A DNA stretch of 64,000 bases from an uncultured Desulfobulbaceae bacterium (lineage in GTDB: Bacteria > Desulfobacterota > Desulfobulbia > Desulfobulbales > CALZHT01), in contig CALZHT010000001.1 in assembly GCA_945787445.1 (NCBI GenBank), positions 22,460 through 86,459 on the forward strand, written 5' to 3'. The notes under the pieces are model-generated. The model was not told where the DNA came from, searched no databases, and worked only from the letters and a program-made list of their open reading frames with translations. The position numbers and the translations under genes are program-made. Below, in pieces: positions 21,010 to 31,197 of this stretch. How positions within the stretch are numbered: the first letter of the stretch is position 1; each line of letters begins with the position of its first letter.

Positions 21010-21774
21010 TTACACCCTAATGAGTTCAATTTCTCCCCAGGCACCAAGATTTTTTCCACAGACTATGAGTATACCCAAAATGCCAGGGATCTTCTGGCCA
21101 AAATCAAGACCACGCGCAATATCTGATACATCACTAATTTTATTGCAAATACTAGTAGCTGCTGCGTCAGCCAAACCGGTAGATTTGGCAACAACTGTTA
21201 CAGCATCCGCTCTGCCGAAACTTAAAGAATGCCCGACAGTACCGGATGAAGTACAAACACCAAGCGGCATTTTGCCAAAAGGCACCTTAATACCAATACG
21301 GTTGGATAGGGGTGAAGATCCGGCAAAAAGTAAAACCCGACAATCTTTCTGGCGAGCGATGAAAATATCGCCTCCATTTTCAATGATAATTTCGGAAACA
21401 CCGGAGACCAGCAGTTGAAGCCCGACAAATTCGGCTATTGCGCCAGCAACAGCAGCCATTGGACCGACATGAGAAGCATGGGCCACCTTCTGCATATTCT
21501 TCACAATGGGAGGTGCAAGAGGATCCAGCGGCAAAGGATCCAATGCTGTTAAGAATTGTGGGTGCTTTGATATATACCTTTCAAGATGGTTCCGAAATTG
21601 GACAACCAGGTGATGTGCTTCAGATGAAACATCTTGGCTGGCAAGAATATGCAGATCTGTTTCTCGTACTTTACATTCACAAGCAAGCAATTGCGATATA
21701 TCAAGAATCTGCCTGTAAAATCTTTCTTTATACGTACGAGGATCTTTTGCTGTAAGTTTACTTTTTTTAGTCAA
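21010..21774 (-). CDS. UPF0280 / ApbE-like protein
   Basis: VGPMAAVAGAIAE, ENGGDI, CTSSGTVGHSLSFG, ADAAAT. Confidence 0.85.
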   Translation of the reverse strand: MTKKSKLTAKDPRTYKERFYRQILDISQLLACECKVRETDLHILASQDVSSEAHHLVVQFRNHLERYISKHPQFLTALDPLPLDPLAPPIVKNMQKVAHASHVGPMAAVAGAIAEFVGLQLLVSGVSEIIIENGGDIFIARQKDCRVLLFAGSSPLSNRIGIKVPFGKMPLGVCTSSGTVGHSLSFGRADAVTVVAKSTGLADAAATSICNKISDVSDIARGLDFGQKIPGILGILIVCGKNLGAWGEIELIRV

Positions 21775-21890
21775 CTTTGCAGATCCCGAAAAAAATTCAC
21801 CTACTACCCTTTGGCAGTTGCTTCATATTACTTTTAACAATATCCTTGAAAAATTATATTCCATACTAACCATCAGAAAGTAGATAAAAC

Positions 21891-22532
21891 ATGCTTTTTA
21901 ACAACAAGGAAAGAAACAAAGAACGATTAATTCTTTTTACCCGTTATCCTGAACCGGGAAAAACCAAAACCCGCCTTATTCCGAAATTAGGTCCACTAGG
22001 CGCGGCGCTGTTGCAGCAGCAAATGACAGAAAAGTGTTTTGCCGTGGCCCAAAAAGCTGCGGCTTACAGGAAATTAGATCTAGAGATTCGATACACCGGC
22101 GGCACGATTTCACTTTTCAAAAATTGGCTTAAAGATCCCCAAATTATCCTGAACGACCAAGGGAAAGGAGAGCTGGGCGAACGCCTGCGGCTGGCATTTA
22201 TAGATGCTTTCCGGGCGCATAAAGACCGGGTAATCATAATTGGCTCTGATTGTCCCGGGCTTTCTCTGAAAATTATCAATAATGCTTTCGACCATCTGCG
22301 AGAAAAAGAACTTGTCCTCGGGCCTGCCAATGACGGAGGATATTACCTCATTGGTCTGTCAAAGCCTTGCCGAGATCTGTTTGCCAATATATCATGGGGC
22401 ACGGAGAAGGTCTTGCCAACAACCTTAGAACGAGCGCAAAAATTAGGCTTAACCATACATTTGCTTGAGTCACTATCAGATATTGATCGCCCAGAAGACC
22501 TCAAACATGTGAATAATAATCCCAACAGGTAA
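21891..22532 (+). CDS. DUF2064 / TIGR04282-type transferase (CofC-like fold)
   Basis: FTRYPEPGKTKTRL, QGKGELGERL, IGSDCP, LGPANDGGYYLIG, DIDRPEDL. Confidence 0.85.
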   Translation: MLFNNKERNKERLILFTRYPEPGKTKTRLIPKLGPLGAALLQQQMTEKCFAVAQKAAAYRKLDLEIRYTGGTISLFKNWLKDPQIILNDQGKGELGERLRLAFIDAFRAHKDRVIIIGSDCPGLSLKIINNAFDHLREKELVLGPANDGGYYLIGLSKPCRDLFANISWGTEKVLPTTLERAQKLGLTIHLLESLSDIDRPEDLKHVNNNPNR

Positions 22533-22710
22533 ATAAAGAACGAGCCCGTAGTTTTAAAATCAGCGGAGCGAAATTAGCGTTATCAAGGGTTGGTGTTTAG
22601 GAAACCAAGAAACAAAATCATAAGATCGTCAGGAATTGAAAAATCGGCTGATGCTAACTGAGGCATCGGCCAACATGAGGTCTAACTAAGGAGCCCTTTG
22701 AAAGTCCCCC

Positions 22711-23313
22711 CTACTCCGGGGATATTTCTTCACCATTTCTTATAATATCTTGCCCAGGTGGAATGGATCTGGCCAGAAGAGGCGGAATGGCTGGTTCCAA
22801 GGCAACAAATTGTGAGCGGAAATCATCGCCTTTAAGCAGGGAAAGCATCATTTTTGAACTCTGGATGAGAAAAGGATAAAAGAGTGATTGTTGTATACGA
22901 TCAGAAGCTTTGGGAGCAAAACTGGAAACAACAACGAATATCAGAGAAACAATAAAAGCAGCTTTGAAAGCCCCAAATACTCCGCCCATAAATCGATCAA
23001 ACCAGCCTAAAAGTATCACACTCATTACGTTTTTCATGAGAAAACCAAGGCCGTAAATAAATAAGTAAATGACCAGGAACAGAAAGGTGTAGGCAAGAAC
23101 AAAGCCTACTTTGGGGCTTGTGATATAGGGAGCTATATACTGGGCGCATGCGCCATAATACTTGCCGGCAATCACAAATGCCAAGAGCAGAGCAATGATA
23201 GAGGTCACCTGCTTAATAAAGCCGGTCCATAAACCTCGAACAAGCAAGGCCATGCCGAAAACCAAAATTGCTACATCCAAATAAATAATATTTTCCATAA
23301 ACGACACCTTCAT
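22711..23313 (-). CDS. cvpA: CvpA (colicin V production) family membrane protein
   Basis: RGLWTGFIKQ and DRFMGGVFG motifs; hydrophobic. Confidence 0.8.
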   Translation of the reverse strand: MKVSFMENIIYLDVAILVFGMALLVRGLWTGFIKQVTSIIALLLAFVIAGKYYGACAQYIAPYITSPKVGFVLAYTFLFLVIYLFIYGLGFLMKNVMSVILLGWFDRFMGGVFGAFKAAFIVSLIFVVVSSFAPKASDRIQQSLFYPFLIQSSKMMLSLLKGDDFRSQFVALEPAIPPLLARSIPPGQDIIRNGEEISPE

Positions 23314-23410
23314 GGTTGATATAAGAACAAACCCGTTTTATGCTAAAATTTCAACTATCTTTTTAGTAAAACCTTAAAACAATTCCGCACTTTTCAAAGC
23401 AAGGAAGCCA

Positions 23411-24193
23411 TTGACAAAAAACGATGTGCTGATCGAAAACTTTTTGCCGAAAACACATACTACAACCATCAAGAAAATTTACTCCTATTCAGGTAAGCTT
23501 ATTCTGAGTGGTGTTAATTTGAATGTGGTTGATAAAAACATAAAGAAAGATGATAACGGTGTTTGGGCAAAAACATTTCTTCTGCCGCATGAGTATGGTC
23601 GTTTCCAGAATTTTACGTTCAGCAAACGTAAAGCTGAATGGCTTGGTGGCCGCATTGCGGCAAAATATGCTGGAAACAGGCTCTTACAGGGTAGGGGAAG
23701 TCTGAAGAAAACAAATTATTGGCATGAATTACAAGTATGCCAAGACGAACACGGCAAGCCCTTTCTGGAAATCATGTCCGGGCATGATCAGGCGCCGCCG
23801 CCGGATATATCCATTTCGCACAGCGCAGGGTATGCTTTTGCGCTGGCAACAGAAAGGCCATGCGGCATGGACCTGCAAAATATCACGCCACGGATTATAA
23901 CTATCCAAGATCGCTATATGAATGAGGACGAAAAGAGGGTAATAGATCAATTGAACCAGATAAGCGGATTGCAGGAAATTGCTGGTCTTACCCTTCTATG
24001 GGCGGCAAAAGAGGCAGTACGAAAACTCCATGCCATACAACCGCTTCCTTCTTTTCGTAACATAACACTGCGTAAGTTCTCCGGATCATTTCAAGATGGA
24101 TTCTGTCTTCATCTCAAGAACCAAAACACCATTAAAGCGTTTGGTTTTTTCAAGGATGACTATGCTTTTGCAATAACCTTAAAGACAAAATAA
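23411..24193 (+). CDS. Sfp-type 4'-phosphopantetheinyl transferase
   Basis: EWLGGRIAAK, GKP, ISISHS, GMDLQ, WAAKEA. Confidence 0.8.
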   Translation: MTKNDVLIENFLPKTHTTTIKKIYSYSGKLILSGVNLNVVDKNIKKDDNGVWAKTFLLPHEYGRFQNFTFSKRKAEWLGGRIAAKYAGNRLLQGRGSLKKTNYWHELQVCQDEHGKPFLEIMSGHDQAPPPDISISHSAGYAFALATERPCGMDLQNITPRIITIQDRYMNEDEKRVIDQLNQISGLQEIAGLTLLWAAKEAVRKLHAIQPLPSFRNITLRKFSGSFQDGFCLHLKNQNTIKAFGFFKDDYAFAITLKTK

Positions 24194-24246
24194 ATCCCTT
24201 TTCCAATTTTGAAACGCTCAATTTAGGTAAATGTAAAGGATTATTA

Positions 24247-24933
24247 ATGGCTCTCCACGAAATATTTTCCCAAATTCCCCTGTTTTCAGGCCTTTCTCCT
24301 CAACAAATTGATGAACTGGCCATGATCGTTACTGACCAGGAATTCAGAAAAGGGCAGCCAATTTTCTCTGAAGGTGATGAAGGTGTTGGCTTTTATGTCG
24401 TCATTACAGGATTGGTCAAAATTTTCAAGCTTTCTATGGACGGAAAAGAGCAAATTCTCCACATTTTTGGGCCAGGTGAACCTTTTGCCGAAGTGGCGGT
24501 CTTCACTGGCTCCCCATATCCTGCTCATGCAGAGGCCCTCCAAAACAGCAGGGTCTTTTTCTTTCCTCGAAAGTCTTTTTCCGAGCTGATCGCCAATAAT
24601 CCTACTCTTGCCATGAAAATGTTGGCCGCATTGTCCATGCGCCTGAAAAAATTCGCTAATATGATTGAAAATCTCTCATTAAAGGAGGTGCCGGGAAGAC
24701 TGGCCGCTCACCTTCTCTACTTGAGCAGTCAAAAAGAAAATTCGGACAATTTACGGTTGAACATCCCAAAATCTCAGCTTGCCAGCCTGCTAGGGACAAT
24801 ACCCGAGACCCTTTCCCGAATTTTGGCAAGAATGGATAAACAGGGATTATTAAGCATAGATGGCCCGTCCATTACCATTTTAGACCGGGAAAGCCTGGAA
24901 GAGCTGGCATCAGGGGAAGTAAAGCTTGGATGA
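24247..24933 (+). CDS. Crp/Fnr family transcriptional regulator (HcpR/Dnr-like)
   Basis: cNMP-type domain plus HTH LASLLGTIPETLSR. Confidence 0.88.
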   Translation: MALHEIFSQIPLFSGLSPQQIDELAMIVTDQEFRKGQPIFSEGDEGVGFYVVITGLVKIFKLSMDGKEQILHIFGPGEPFAEVAVFTGSPYPAHAEALQNSRVFFFPRKSFSELIANNPTLAMKMLAALSMRLKKFANMIENLSLKEVPGRLAAHLLYLSSQKENSDNLRLNIPKSQLASLLGTIPETLSRILARMDKQGLLSIDGPSITILDRESLEELASGEVKLG

Positions 24934-24971
24934 TTTGCCGGAGGCCTTTCCTGAGAAGATCCAATACTTTT

Positions 24972-27086
24972 TTAGAGCTCAAGGTCGAATTCAATATGCA
25001 TTCCGCTTTTTGTAAAATGGGAAAGAATATTTTTTAGACCCTTCAAATTAGCAACAGTAAAATTAATTTCCCATGGTGATTTACTTGAGGGTCTACGGGA
25101 GAGCGCAATTACTTCGACTATCTTCATCTCCTCAGGAGCAACGCCAAGCATCATCAGCACTCTGTTTCTACTGGTACTCTCAACGATTAATAGGGTCTGG
25201 GCTTTGATAATATCCGTGTCTTTAAGCCGCCAACTCAATCCTATCATCTCTTCTCTCATTACGTTGAGGGAACGAAACTTCTTGCAGGCAGGACGATGAA
25301 CCGAAAGCCCCCGTTCGCTGAGCAGCCCCACCAATCCCTGTTCCGTCGGTATGGGATTACAGCAGCGGGATAGCTTAATACACGCAGGATCAAGGTTGTC
25401 CAGTTCAAATCTATTTAAAGAATCCTCCGGCGGTGTAATGACCTTCTCACCCTCATAGGGTCCTTGGGCAATTTCAAGCATCAATTCCTTTAAATGTAAA
25501 CGCCCCTCGCCTAGAGCAAGATAAAGGTCTTCGAGGTTTTCCAGATCAAAAAAGCCAAGCACCTCCTCCATCTCGTCATTATTCAATAGAGTCCTTGGGA
25601 TACCACGCCATTTCATTTCCTGCTCTACAATAGACCGGCCGATTTGAGTGGCTAGAATTTCGCGGCGAAAGCGGAACATCTTTGATAATTCTGCGCGTGC
25701 CCGGGGAGTTTGACAAAGTTCCTGGATGTCGGGATGGAAATGTACCGGATCTTTTAAGGATAAAATTTCAACCTGGTCGCCATCATTGAGGACATAGCCA
25801 GGTTTCACAATTTTTTGGCCAATTTTTGCATGGGCGCAACGGTTGCCGATTTCCGTGTGGATTTTAAAAGCAAAATCAAGGACTATGCTTTGCTTGGGAA
25901 GAATTATAGTATCCCCCTTCGGGGTATAGGTATAAATTTCTTTGGTGCCGCTTGCCGCGATCATATCACGGTAGGAGATTTCGTCCTCAGATCCGAGAAT
26001 ATTAAACATATCGCGAATTTCCCTTTCAAAGCTGCTTGGAACTTTGCGGTATGAAGACCACTCCTTGAGAATTCCGGATCTTCCGGATTTGAGCATCTCA
26101 TTGGTTCTGATTTTAAACAGATAATTTTTCCCCTTTATATTAGCCCTGGTATGCAAGCTCTGATACCCCGTAGCCTTAGGGTTGACGATGAAATCTCGAA
26201 TGGTCCTTGGGATGGGGGGAAAGAGCTGGTTGACAATGCCTAGCGCCCGGTAACAGCTCTGGATATCATCCGTTGCAATCAATATTTCCAAGGGATTATC
26301 AATCTTCTTGGCAAGAACCTTTTGCACAGGGTCAAAATAGGCCCAAAGCCCTTTGACCCGGAAGCCAATTTCACAATTTACCCAGGAGCGCTCCATTTCT
26401 TCCTTCAGTCTCTTTTGAATAGTCAACACTTCTTCATCGTCAAAAAGACGTCTGATTGTGGCGAGAACCTTTTGGCTCTGTCTGGGAAATTTAAAGGTGA
26501 GAGCCAGGTCATAAAGCTCTCTTTTTAGGCCATATAGTCCTATGACTTTGGCCATGGGAGCATAAACATCAAGAGTCTCCTCAGCTATTTTTTGACGCTT
26601 ATGTTTGGGGAGGGAATTCAGGGTGCGCAGATTATGCAGGCGGTCAGCAAGCTTGACCAGCATGATTTCAACATGGGAGGCAGCACCGGAAAAAATCTTC
26701 CGGTGAACCAGCTTATAAAAATTCTGTTTGTCGCCTGAAAAAGTTGTTATCTTTGTTAATCCTTCTACGATGACTTCAACATCCTTGCCGAATATTTCGC
26801 CAATAACCTCGCTGGTAACCTCGGGTACATCCTCCATGGTGTCATGCAAAACAGCTGCGGCAAGTGTTACAGGATCCCTCACTTCAAGTTCATCCACCAG
26901 TATCTGCGCTACCATGCACGGATGACTCACATACACCTCGCCGGATTTACGCTTCTGCCCCTCATGGGCGGAAACGGCGAAGGAAATCGCCTGCCAGAAA
27001 AGTTTCGCTTCTCCCTCCTGGCCGCCTAAGATGTCCTCCATATGCTCACAAAAGGCAGCTATATTAAAATAGTTTTTTCGCGCCAT
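24972..27086 (-). CDS. Long RelA/SpoT homolog: intact HD hydrolase, degenerate synthetase, TGS and C-terminal regulatory domains
   Basis: HEGQKRKSGEVYVSHP, LHDTMED, KLADRLHN, GYQSLHT, TGS (YTPKGD...DFAFKIHTEIG), SRCCNPIP. Confidence 0.88.
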   Translation of the reverse strand: MARKNYFNIAAFCEHMEDILGGQEGEAKLFWQAISFAVSAHEGQKRKSGEVYVSHPCMVAQILVDELEVRDPVTLAAAVLHDTMEDVPEVTSEVIGEIFGKDVEVIVEGLTKITTFSGDKQNFYKLVHRKIFSGAASHVEIMLVKLADRLHNLRTLNSLPKHKRQKIAEETLDVYAPMAKVIGLYGLKRELYDLALTFKFPRQSQKVLATIRRLFDDEEVLTIQKRLKEEMERSWVNCEIGFRVKGLWAYFDPVQKVLAKKIDNPLEILIATDDIQSCYRALGIVNQLFPPIPRTIRDFIVNPKATGYQSLHTRANIKGKNYLFKIRTNEMLKSGRSGILKEWSSYRKVPSSFEREIRDMFNILGSEDEISYRDMIAASGTKEIYTYTPKGDTIILPKQSIVLDFAFKIHTEIGNRCAHAKIGQKIVKPGYVLNDGDQVEILSLKDPVHFHPDIQELCQTPRARAELSKMFRFRREILATQIGRSIVEQEMKWRGIPRTLLNNDEMEEVLGFFDLENLEDLYLALGEGRLHLKELMLEIAQGPYEGEKVITPPEDSLNRFELDNLDPACIKLSRCCNPIPTEQGLVGLLSERGLSVHRPACKKFRSLNVMREEMIGLSWRLKDTDIIKAQTLLIVESTSRNRVLMMLGVAPEEMKIVEVIALSRRPSSKSPWEINFTVANLKGLKNILSHFTKSGMHIEFDLEL

Positions 27087-27325
27087 ACTGTACGTTTCTA
27101 TCCACTATGCAATGTCATCGCCCCAAGTCGGCCACTCTTCATGGTACAATATATTAGTTTAATTCAATTCGATATGATATTATCGCCTTTTAAAAAAATA
27201 ATACGCAAATACACTTTCGGCCAGCATGAGAGACAGCCCATCTCCATCTTTGTTGCCATGGGTACGAAAAACTCAATTTTATAAAATTCCTTTACAATAA
27301 AAGCAAATTATATAGGAAAATTTCT

Positions 27326-29584
27326 TTGGCTCATCGAAGACGATTCGGGAAAAAACATACGAGCCGTTCCAGGTTCGAATACCGCAGAAAAAAAAGAAAG
27401 ACCCCCTATCTTCATAATCAAAGCTTCCCGGCCAAAAGAAGAAAAAAAGAAGAAAGCCTCTTTGTTGCAGCGGACGATATAATAGGATTCATATACACTC
27501 ACGATGGGATAGGCTCCCTTAAAGAAATTATCATCGGCCTCGATCTTCCGAGAACCGCCAGAAAGGAAGCGCAAAACCTCCTGGCTGCTTTATGCCATGA
27601 AAAGGTATTAAGCTGCGATAAAAAAGGATACTATTCTCTATCCCGTAAAATAATTTTGATGGAAGGCATTATCAGTGCCCATCCTCGTGGTTTTGCCTTT
27701 GCAGCTGTTGAAAATCCACCCCCGGGTCTGGAAATTGACAGAGACGTTTTTATTCCTGCCCAAGAACTGCGCACAGCGCATCATGGTGACCGGGTCCTCT
27801 TAACCGTAATTGCTAAACGGCGAAACAGGGTCGAGGCCAGGGTAGTAAGGGTTTTGGAGCGCACTGCCTCCAAGCTGGTGGGCATCTTTATGACCGGCAG
27901 AACAACAGGCCTTGTTATTCCGGAAGACGACCGCTTTGCTTTTCAAATAGTGGTACAGCGGAAAGATTCTCGCGGAGCCAGGAACGGCGAAGCAGTGGTG
28001 ACTGAAATCCACCATTTTCCCCTCGGCCATCGAAATCCATCCGGCAAGATTGTGGAAATCCTGGGTGACCCCGATGATCTCAACGTGCAGAATGAAATAG
28101 TAGTCCACAAGTTTGATATCCCTCATGAATTCAGCGACGAGGCAGCGCAACAGATAGCCCGTTTTGATGATGCTATCACCCTTGAGCCCGGCCGTAGTGA
28201 TTTGCGTGATATTCTTCATGTAACCATTGATGGAGAAACGGCAAAGGATTTTGATGATGCTGTTGGCATTGAAAAGATACGAAATGGACACCGGCTCTAT
28301 GTTTCCATCGCCGATGTAGGGAAATACGTTTCACCAGGCACACCCCTTGATAAGGAGGCTTACCTGCGTGGTACCAGCGTCTATTTTCCAAACCGCGTGG
28401 TGCCCATGCTGCCGGAAAGGCTTTCCAATGATCTATGCAGTCTTGTTCCCAATCAGGACCGCTATGCCTTTACCGCTGTTCTTGACTTCGATCGTTCCGG
28501 CAAGCGCAAAAAGAAAACCTTTGCCCGATCCCTTATTAAAAGCAGTTACAGGCTCACCTATACTGTAGTCAAAAATATACTGGTGGACAGAGATGCTTCG
28601 GTCAGAGGGAAACACAAGCCCTTGCTTACCCCATTACAATGGATGGCCGAATTAGCGGAGCAGCTGGAAAAACGCAGGATGGAGCGGGGCAGTCTCGGTT
28701 TTGAGATTCCTGAAGCAGAATTTGTGATTGACTCGGCAGGAAAGGTTTCCTCTATAAAACGGTTCGAAAGAAACATGGCCCACAAACTTATCGAAGAATT
28801 CATGCTGGCAGCCAATGAGGCGGTAGCGGAAACCCTGGCCAAAGAATCCGCCAATAAAGCTGAAGTACTGTACCGCATCCATGAAGCGCCTGATCCTGTA
28901 AAAGTCGCAGAGTTTACCTCCTTTTCCCATTCTCTTGGCCTGAAACTGCCCGCAAACAGTGGTACTCCCCAATGGTTTGCCAATGTCCTCACCCAGGTTG
29001 CCGGCACACCAAGAGAGTACATAATCAACAATCTTCTTTTGCGAGCCATGCAGCAGGCCCGTTACTCTTCCGAGAATGTGGGACATTTTGGACTGGCGGC
29101 CTCCCATTACACCCATTTTACCTCACCGATCAGAAGATATCCTGACTTAATGGTGCACCGTGCTTTGGCAAAATATATTGCTACAAAAAAAATCAAGAAG
29201 CTGGAAAAACGGCCCAGCTCTGCAACATCAGAAGCGGGCGACTTCCTCTCAAAAAGGGAAAGGGTGGCTGTGGACGCGGAACGGGAAATGGTCGACCGTC
29301 TCAAAGTGAGATTTATGGCGGACAAAGAGGGCGAAACCTTTGAAGGTGTCATCTCCGGAGCCACCGGTTTCGGTCTCTTCGTTGAGCTGCTCGAATGGTT
29401 TGTCAGCGGTGGAGTCGATATTACTGATCTCAGCGATGATTATTACAATTTGGACGAAAAAAATCACCGCCTCATCGGCTCCAGGACTGGCAATATTTAT
29501 CAGGTCGGTGATCTTGTAAATGTCACAGTGGCTAAGGTTGATGTAGCACGCCGAAGGATAAACTTCACAATAGCCGGCCCATGA
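27326..29584 (+). CDS. rnr: Ribonuclease R
   Basis: Cold-shock domains (HPRGFAF, HGDRV), RNB catalytic TIDGETAKDFDDA, YTHFTSPIRRYPDL, C-terminal S1; TTG start uncertain. Confidence 0.93.
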   Translation: MAHRRRFGKKHTSRSRFEYRRKKRKTPYLHNQSFPAKRRKKEESLFVAADDIIGFIYTHDGIGSLKEIIIGLDLPRTARKEAQNLLAALCHEKVLSCDKKGYYSLSRKIILMEGIISAHPRGFAFAAVENPPPGLEIDRDVFIPAQELRTAHHGDRVLLTVIAKRRNRVEARVVRVLERTASKLVGIFMTGRTTGLVIPEDDRFAFQIVVQRKDSRGARNGEAVVTEIHHFPLGHRNPSGKIVEILGDPDDLNVQNEIVVHKFDIPHEFSDEAAQQIARFDDAITLEPGRSDLRDILHVTIDGETAKDFDDAVGIEKIRNGHRLYVSIADVGKYVSPGTPLDKEAYLRGTSVYFPNRVVPMLPERLSNDLCSLVPNQDRYAFTAVLDFDRSGKRKKKTFARSLIKSSYRLTYTVVKNILVDRDASVRGKHKPLLTPLQWMAELAEQLEKRRMERGSLGFEIPEAEFVIDSAGKVSSIKRFERNMAHKLIEEFMLAANEAVAETLAKESANKAEVLYRIHEAPDPVKVAEFTSFSHSLGLKLPANSGTPQWFANVLTQVAGTPREYIINNLLLRAMQQARYSSENVGHFGLAASHYTHFTSPIRRYPDLMVHRALAKYIATKKIKKLEKRPSSATSEAGDFLSKRERVAVDAEREMVDRLKVRFMADKEGETFEGVISGATGFGLFVELLEWFVSGGVDITDLSDDYYNLDEKNHRLIGSRTGNIYQVGDLVNVTVAKVDVARRRINFTIAGP

Positions 29585-30360
29585 ATACTAAGCGTGATAA
29601 TGCGAATCTTTTAGCTCATGTCGCCATTGTTTTGATGGAGCCCAAATATCCTGAAAATATTGGGGCAGCTGCCCGAGCTGCCATGAATATGGGTTTTTCA
29701 AGGCTGATTGTTGTACGACATGAACCGCCGGACCGTGAAAAAATGCTGAAAATGGCTACCCATAATGCGACGCACCTTATTGATGCCATGGAGCTTCATA
29801 CTGATCTTGCAGAGGCATTGGCGTCGTTTTCCTATATCATCGGCACAACCGCGAGAAAGGGGCGCAGCAGGCGAAACGTCAGCCACCCCCGTGATATGGT
29901 TGAAAAGATTGTACCGCTCCTGCCAAACAACCATATTGCCCTGCTTTTTGGCCCGGAACATCGAGGCTTAACCAACGAAGACCTGAATTTCTGCGATTTG
30001 ACAACCACCATTCCGACCGCTGACTTTTCTTCTCTAAACCTGGCACAGGCCGTGGCAATCCATTGCTATGAGCTCTACTCCGGCGTGGTGCACATGGCAG
30101 ATGAAAAAAAACGTTTTGTGCCGAAACTTGCAGATTCATACGAACTTGAAGGAATGTATTCCCATGTGGAAGTGGTGCTTCGACAAATTGGCTTTCTCAA
30201 ACAGGCGGATTATGAATACTGGATGCGCTCCATCCGCCGCTTTTTGGGAAGGTACCATATCCGATCAAAAGAAGTAAAGGCAATTCGGGGTGTTTGCCGG
30301 CAATTTCTTTGGCATGAAAACCAGCAGCAAGAAACCACTGGTTCTAAAGAAACGAAGTAG
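29581..30360 (+). CDS. trmJ: TrmJ/LasT SPOUT RNA methyltransferase
   Basis: PENIGAAARAAMNMG, FGPEHRGL, SLNLAQAV. Confidence 0.8.
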   Translation: MNTKRDNANLLAHVAIVLMEPKYPENIGAAARAAMNMGFSRLIVVRHEPPDREKMLKMATHNATHLIDAMELHTDLAEALASFSYIIGTTARKGRSRRNVSHPRDMVEKIVPLLPNNHIALLFGPEHRGLTNEDLNFCDLTTTIPTADFSSLNLAQAVAIHCYELYSGVVHMADEKKRFVPKLADSYELEGMYSHVEVVLRQIGFLKQADYEYWMRSIRRFLGRYHIRSKEVKAIRGVCRQFLWHENQQQETTGSKETK

Positions 30361-30367
30361 CCCTTTT

Positions 30368-31027
30368 CTATCGCCGTCCTTTAACGGCAAGGTGCCTACC
30401 GCTAACCGCCTCGACGGTAAGATGCGATAACCCGGCCTTATCAAGCTGGACCCGCACTTCCTCAACCTCATAGGCAGCCAGCAGCGAGTTATAAAAATCC
30501 TTGCGCAGTATTTCCGGCTCGTCGCCGGAATACTTTTCCACGATGGCAAAGGCGTCTTCCTCTTTTTCCGGGCGCATAAGATCCATTATTAATATGGGGG
30601 CTCCTTTATTGGCACAGGTATGCACGGCTTCCCACAAAATCATGGGATCCTGCAAATGATGAAGCAGGCTGTTTGACACCACCGCATCATATAGTGCACG
30701 CGGCAGGTTTATTCCCGGTAAGGTTCCTGAAAGTAATACAACCCGGTTTTGCAACCCTTTGCCCGCTATGTTTTTTCGTCCTAAGCGGAGCATATTGGCC
30801 GCGCCGTCAACGCCATGCACCTGACACGCTGGAAACTCCTCGACGAACAGGATCGGGATGTCGGCAGGACCGCACCCCAAATCAAGCATAACTCCGGTAA
30901 AATCTGTTGAAAATGTCTCTTTAAACAAGCGGACAAACAACGAATTGGGCTCGGTAAAATCAGCTTGGGCATAGGCCAATGTCTGGTCTTTACCATCCAT
31001 GATTTCGTGTTCCGGTGTTCTTTCCAA
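30368..31027 (-). CDS. Class I SAM-dependent methyltransferase
   Basis: LDLGCGPAD, GVDG, SNSLLHH. Confidence 0.85.
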   Translation of the reverse strand: MERTPEHEIMDGKDQTLAYAQADFTEPNSLFVRLFKETFSTDFTGVMLDLGCGPADIPILFVEEFPACQVHGVDGAANMLRLGRKNIAGKGLQNRVVLLSGTLPGINLPRALYDAVVSNSLLHHLQDPMILWEAVHTCANKGAPILIMDLMRPEKEEDAFAIVEKYSGDEPEILRKDFYNSLLAAYEVEEVRVQLDKAGLSHLTVEAVSGRHLAVKGRR

Positions 31028-31197
31028 GGGTACACCTTTTTCAAATTGAATAGTCTACGTCCTGACAATATATAGTCAGAAAATGATAGAAAAAGAAGGT
31101 ATTACACAGAATTATTTTGCGAAACCACGATGTATTGATTAATAACATTAGCAATGGAAAATATTCAATCTCAGTATTTCATGTTAGGGAAACACTC

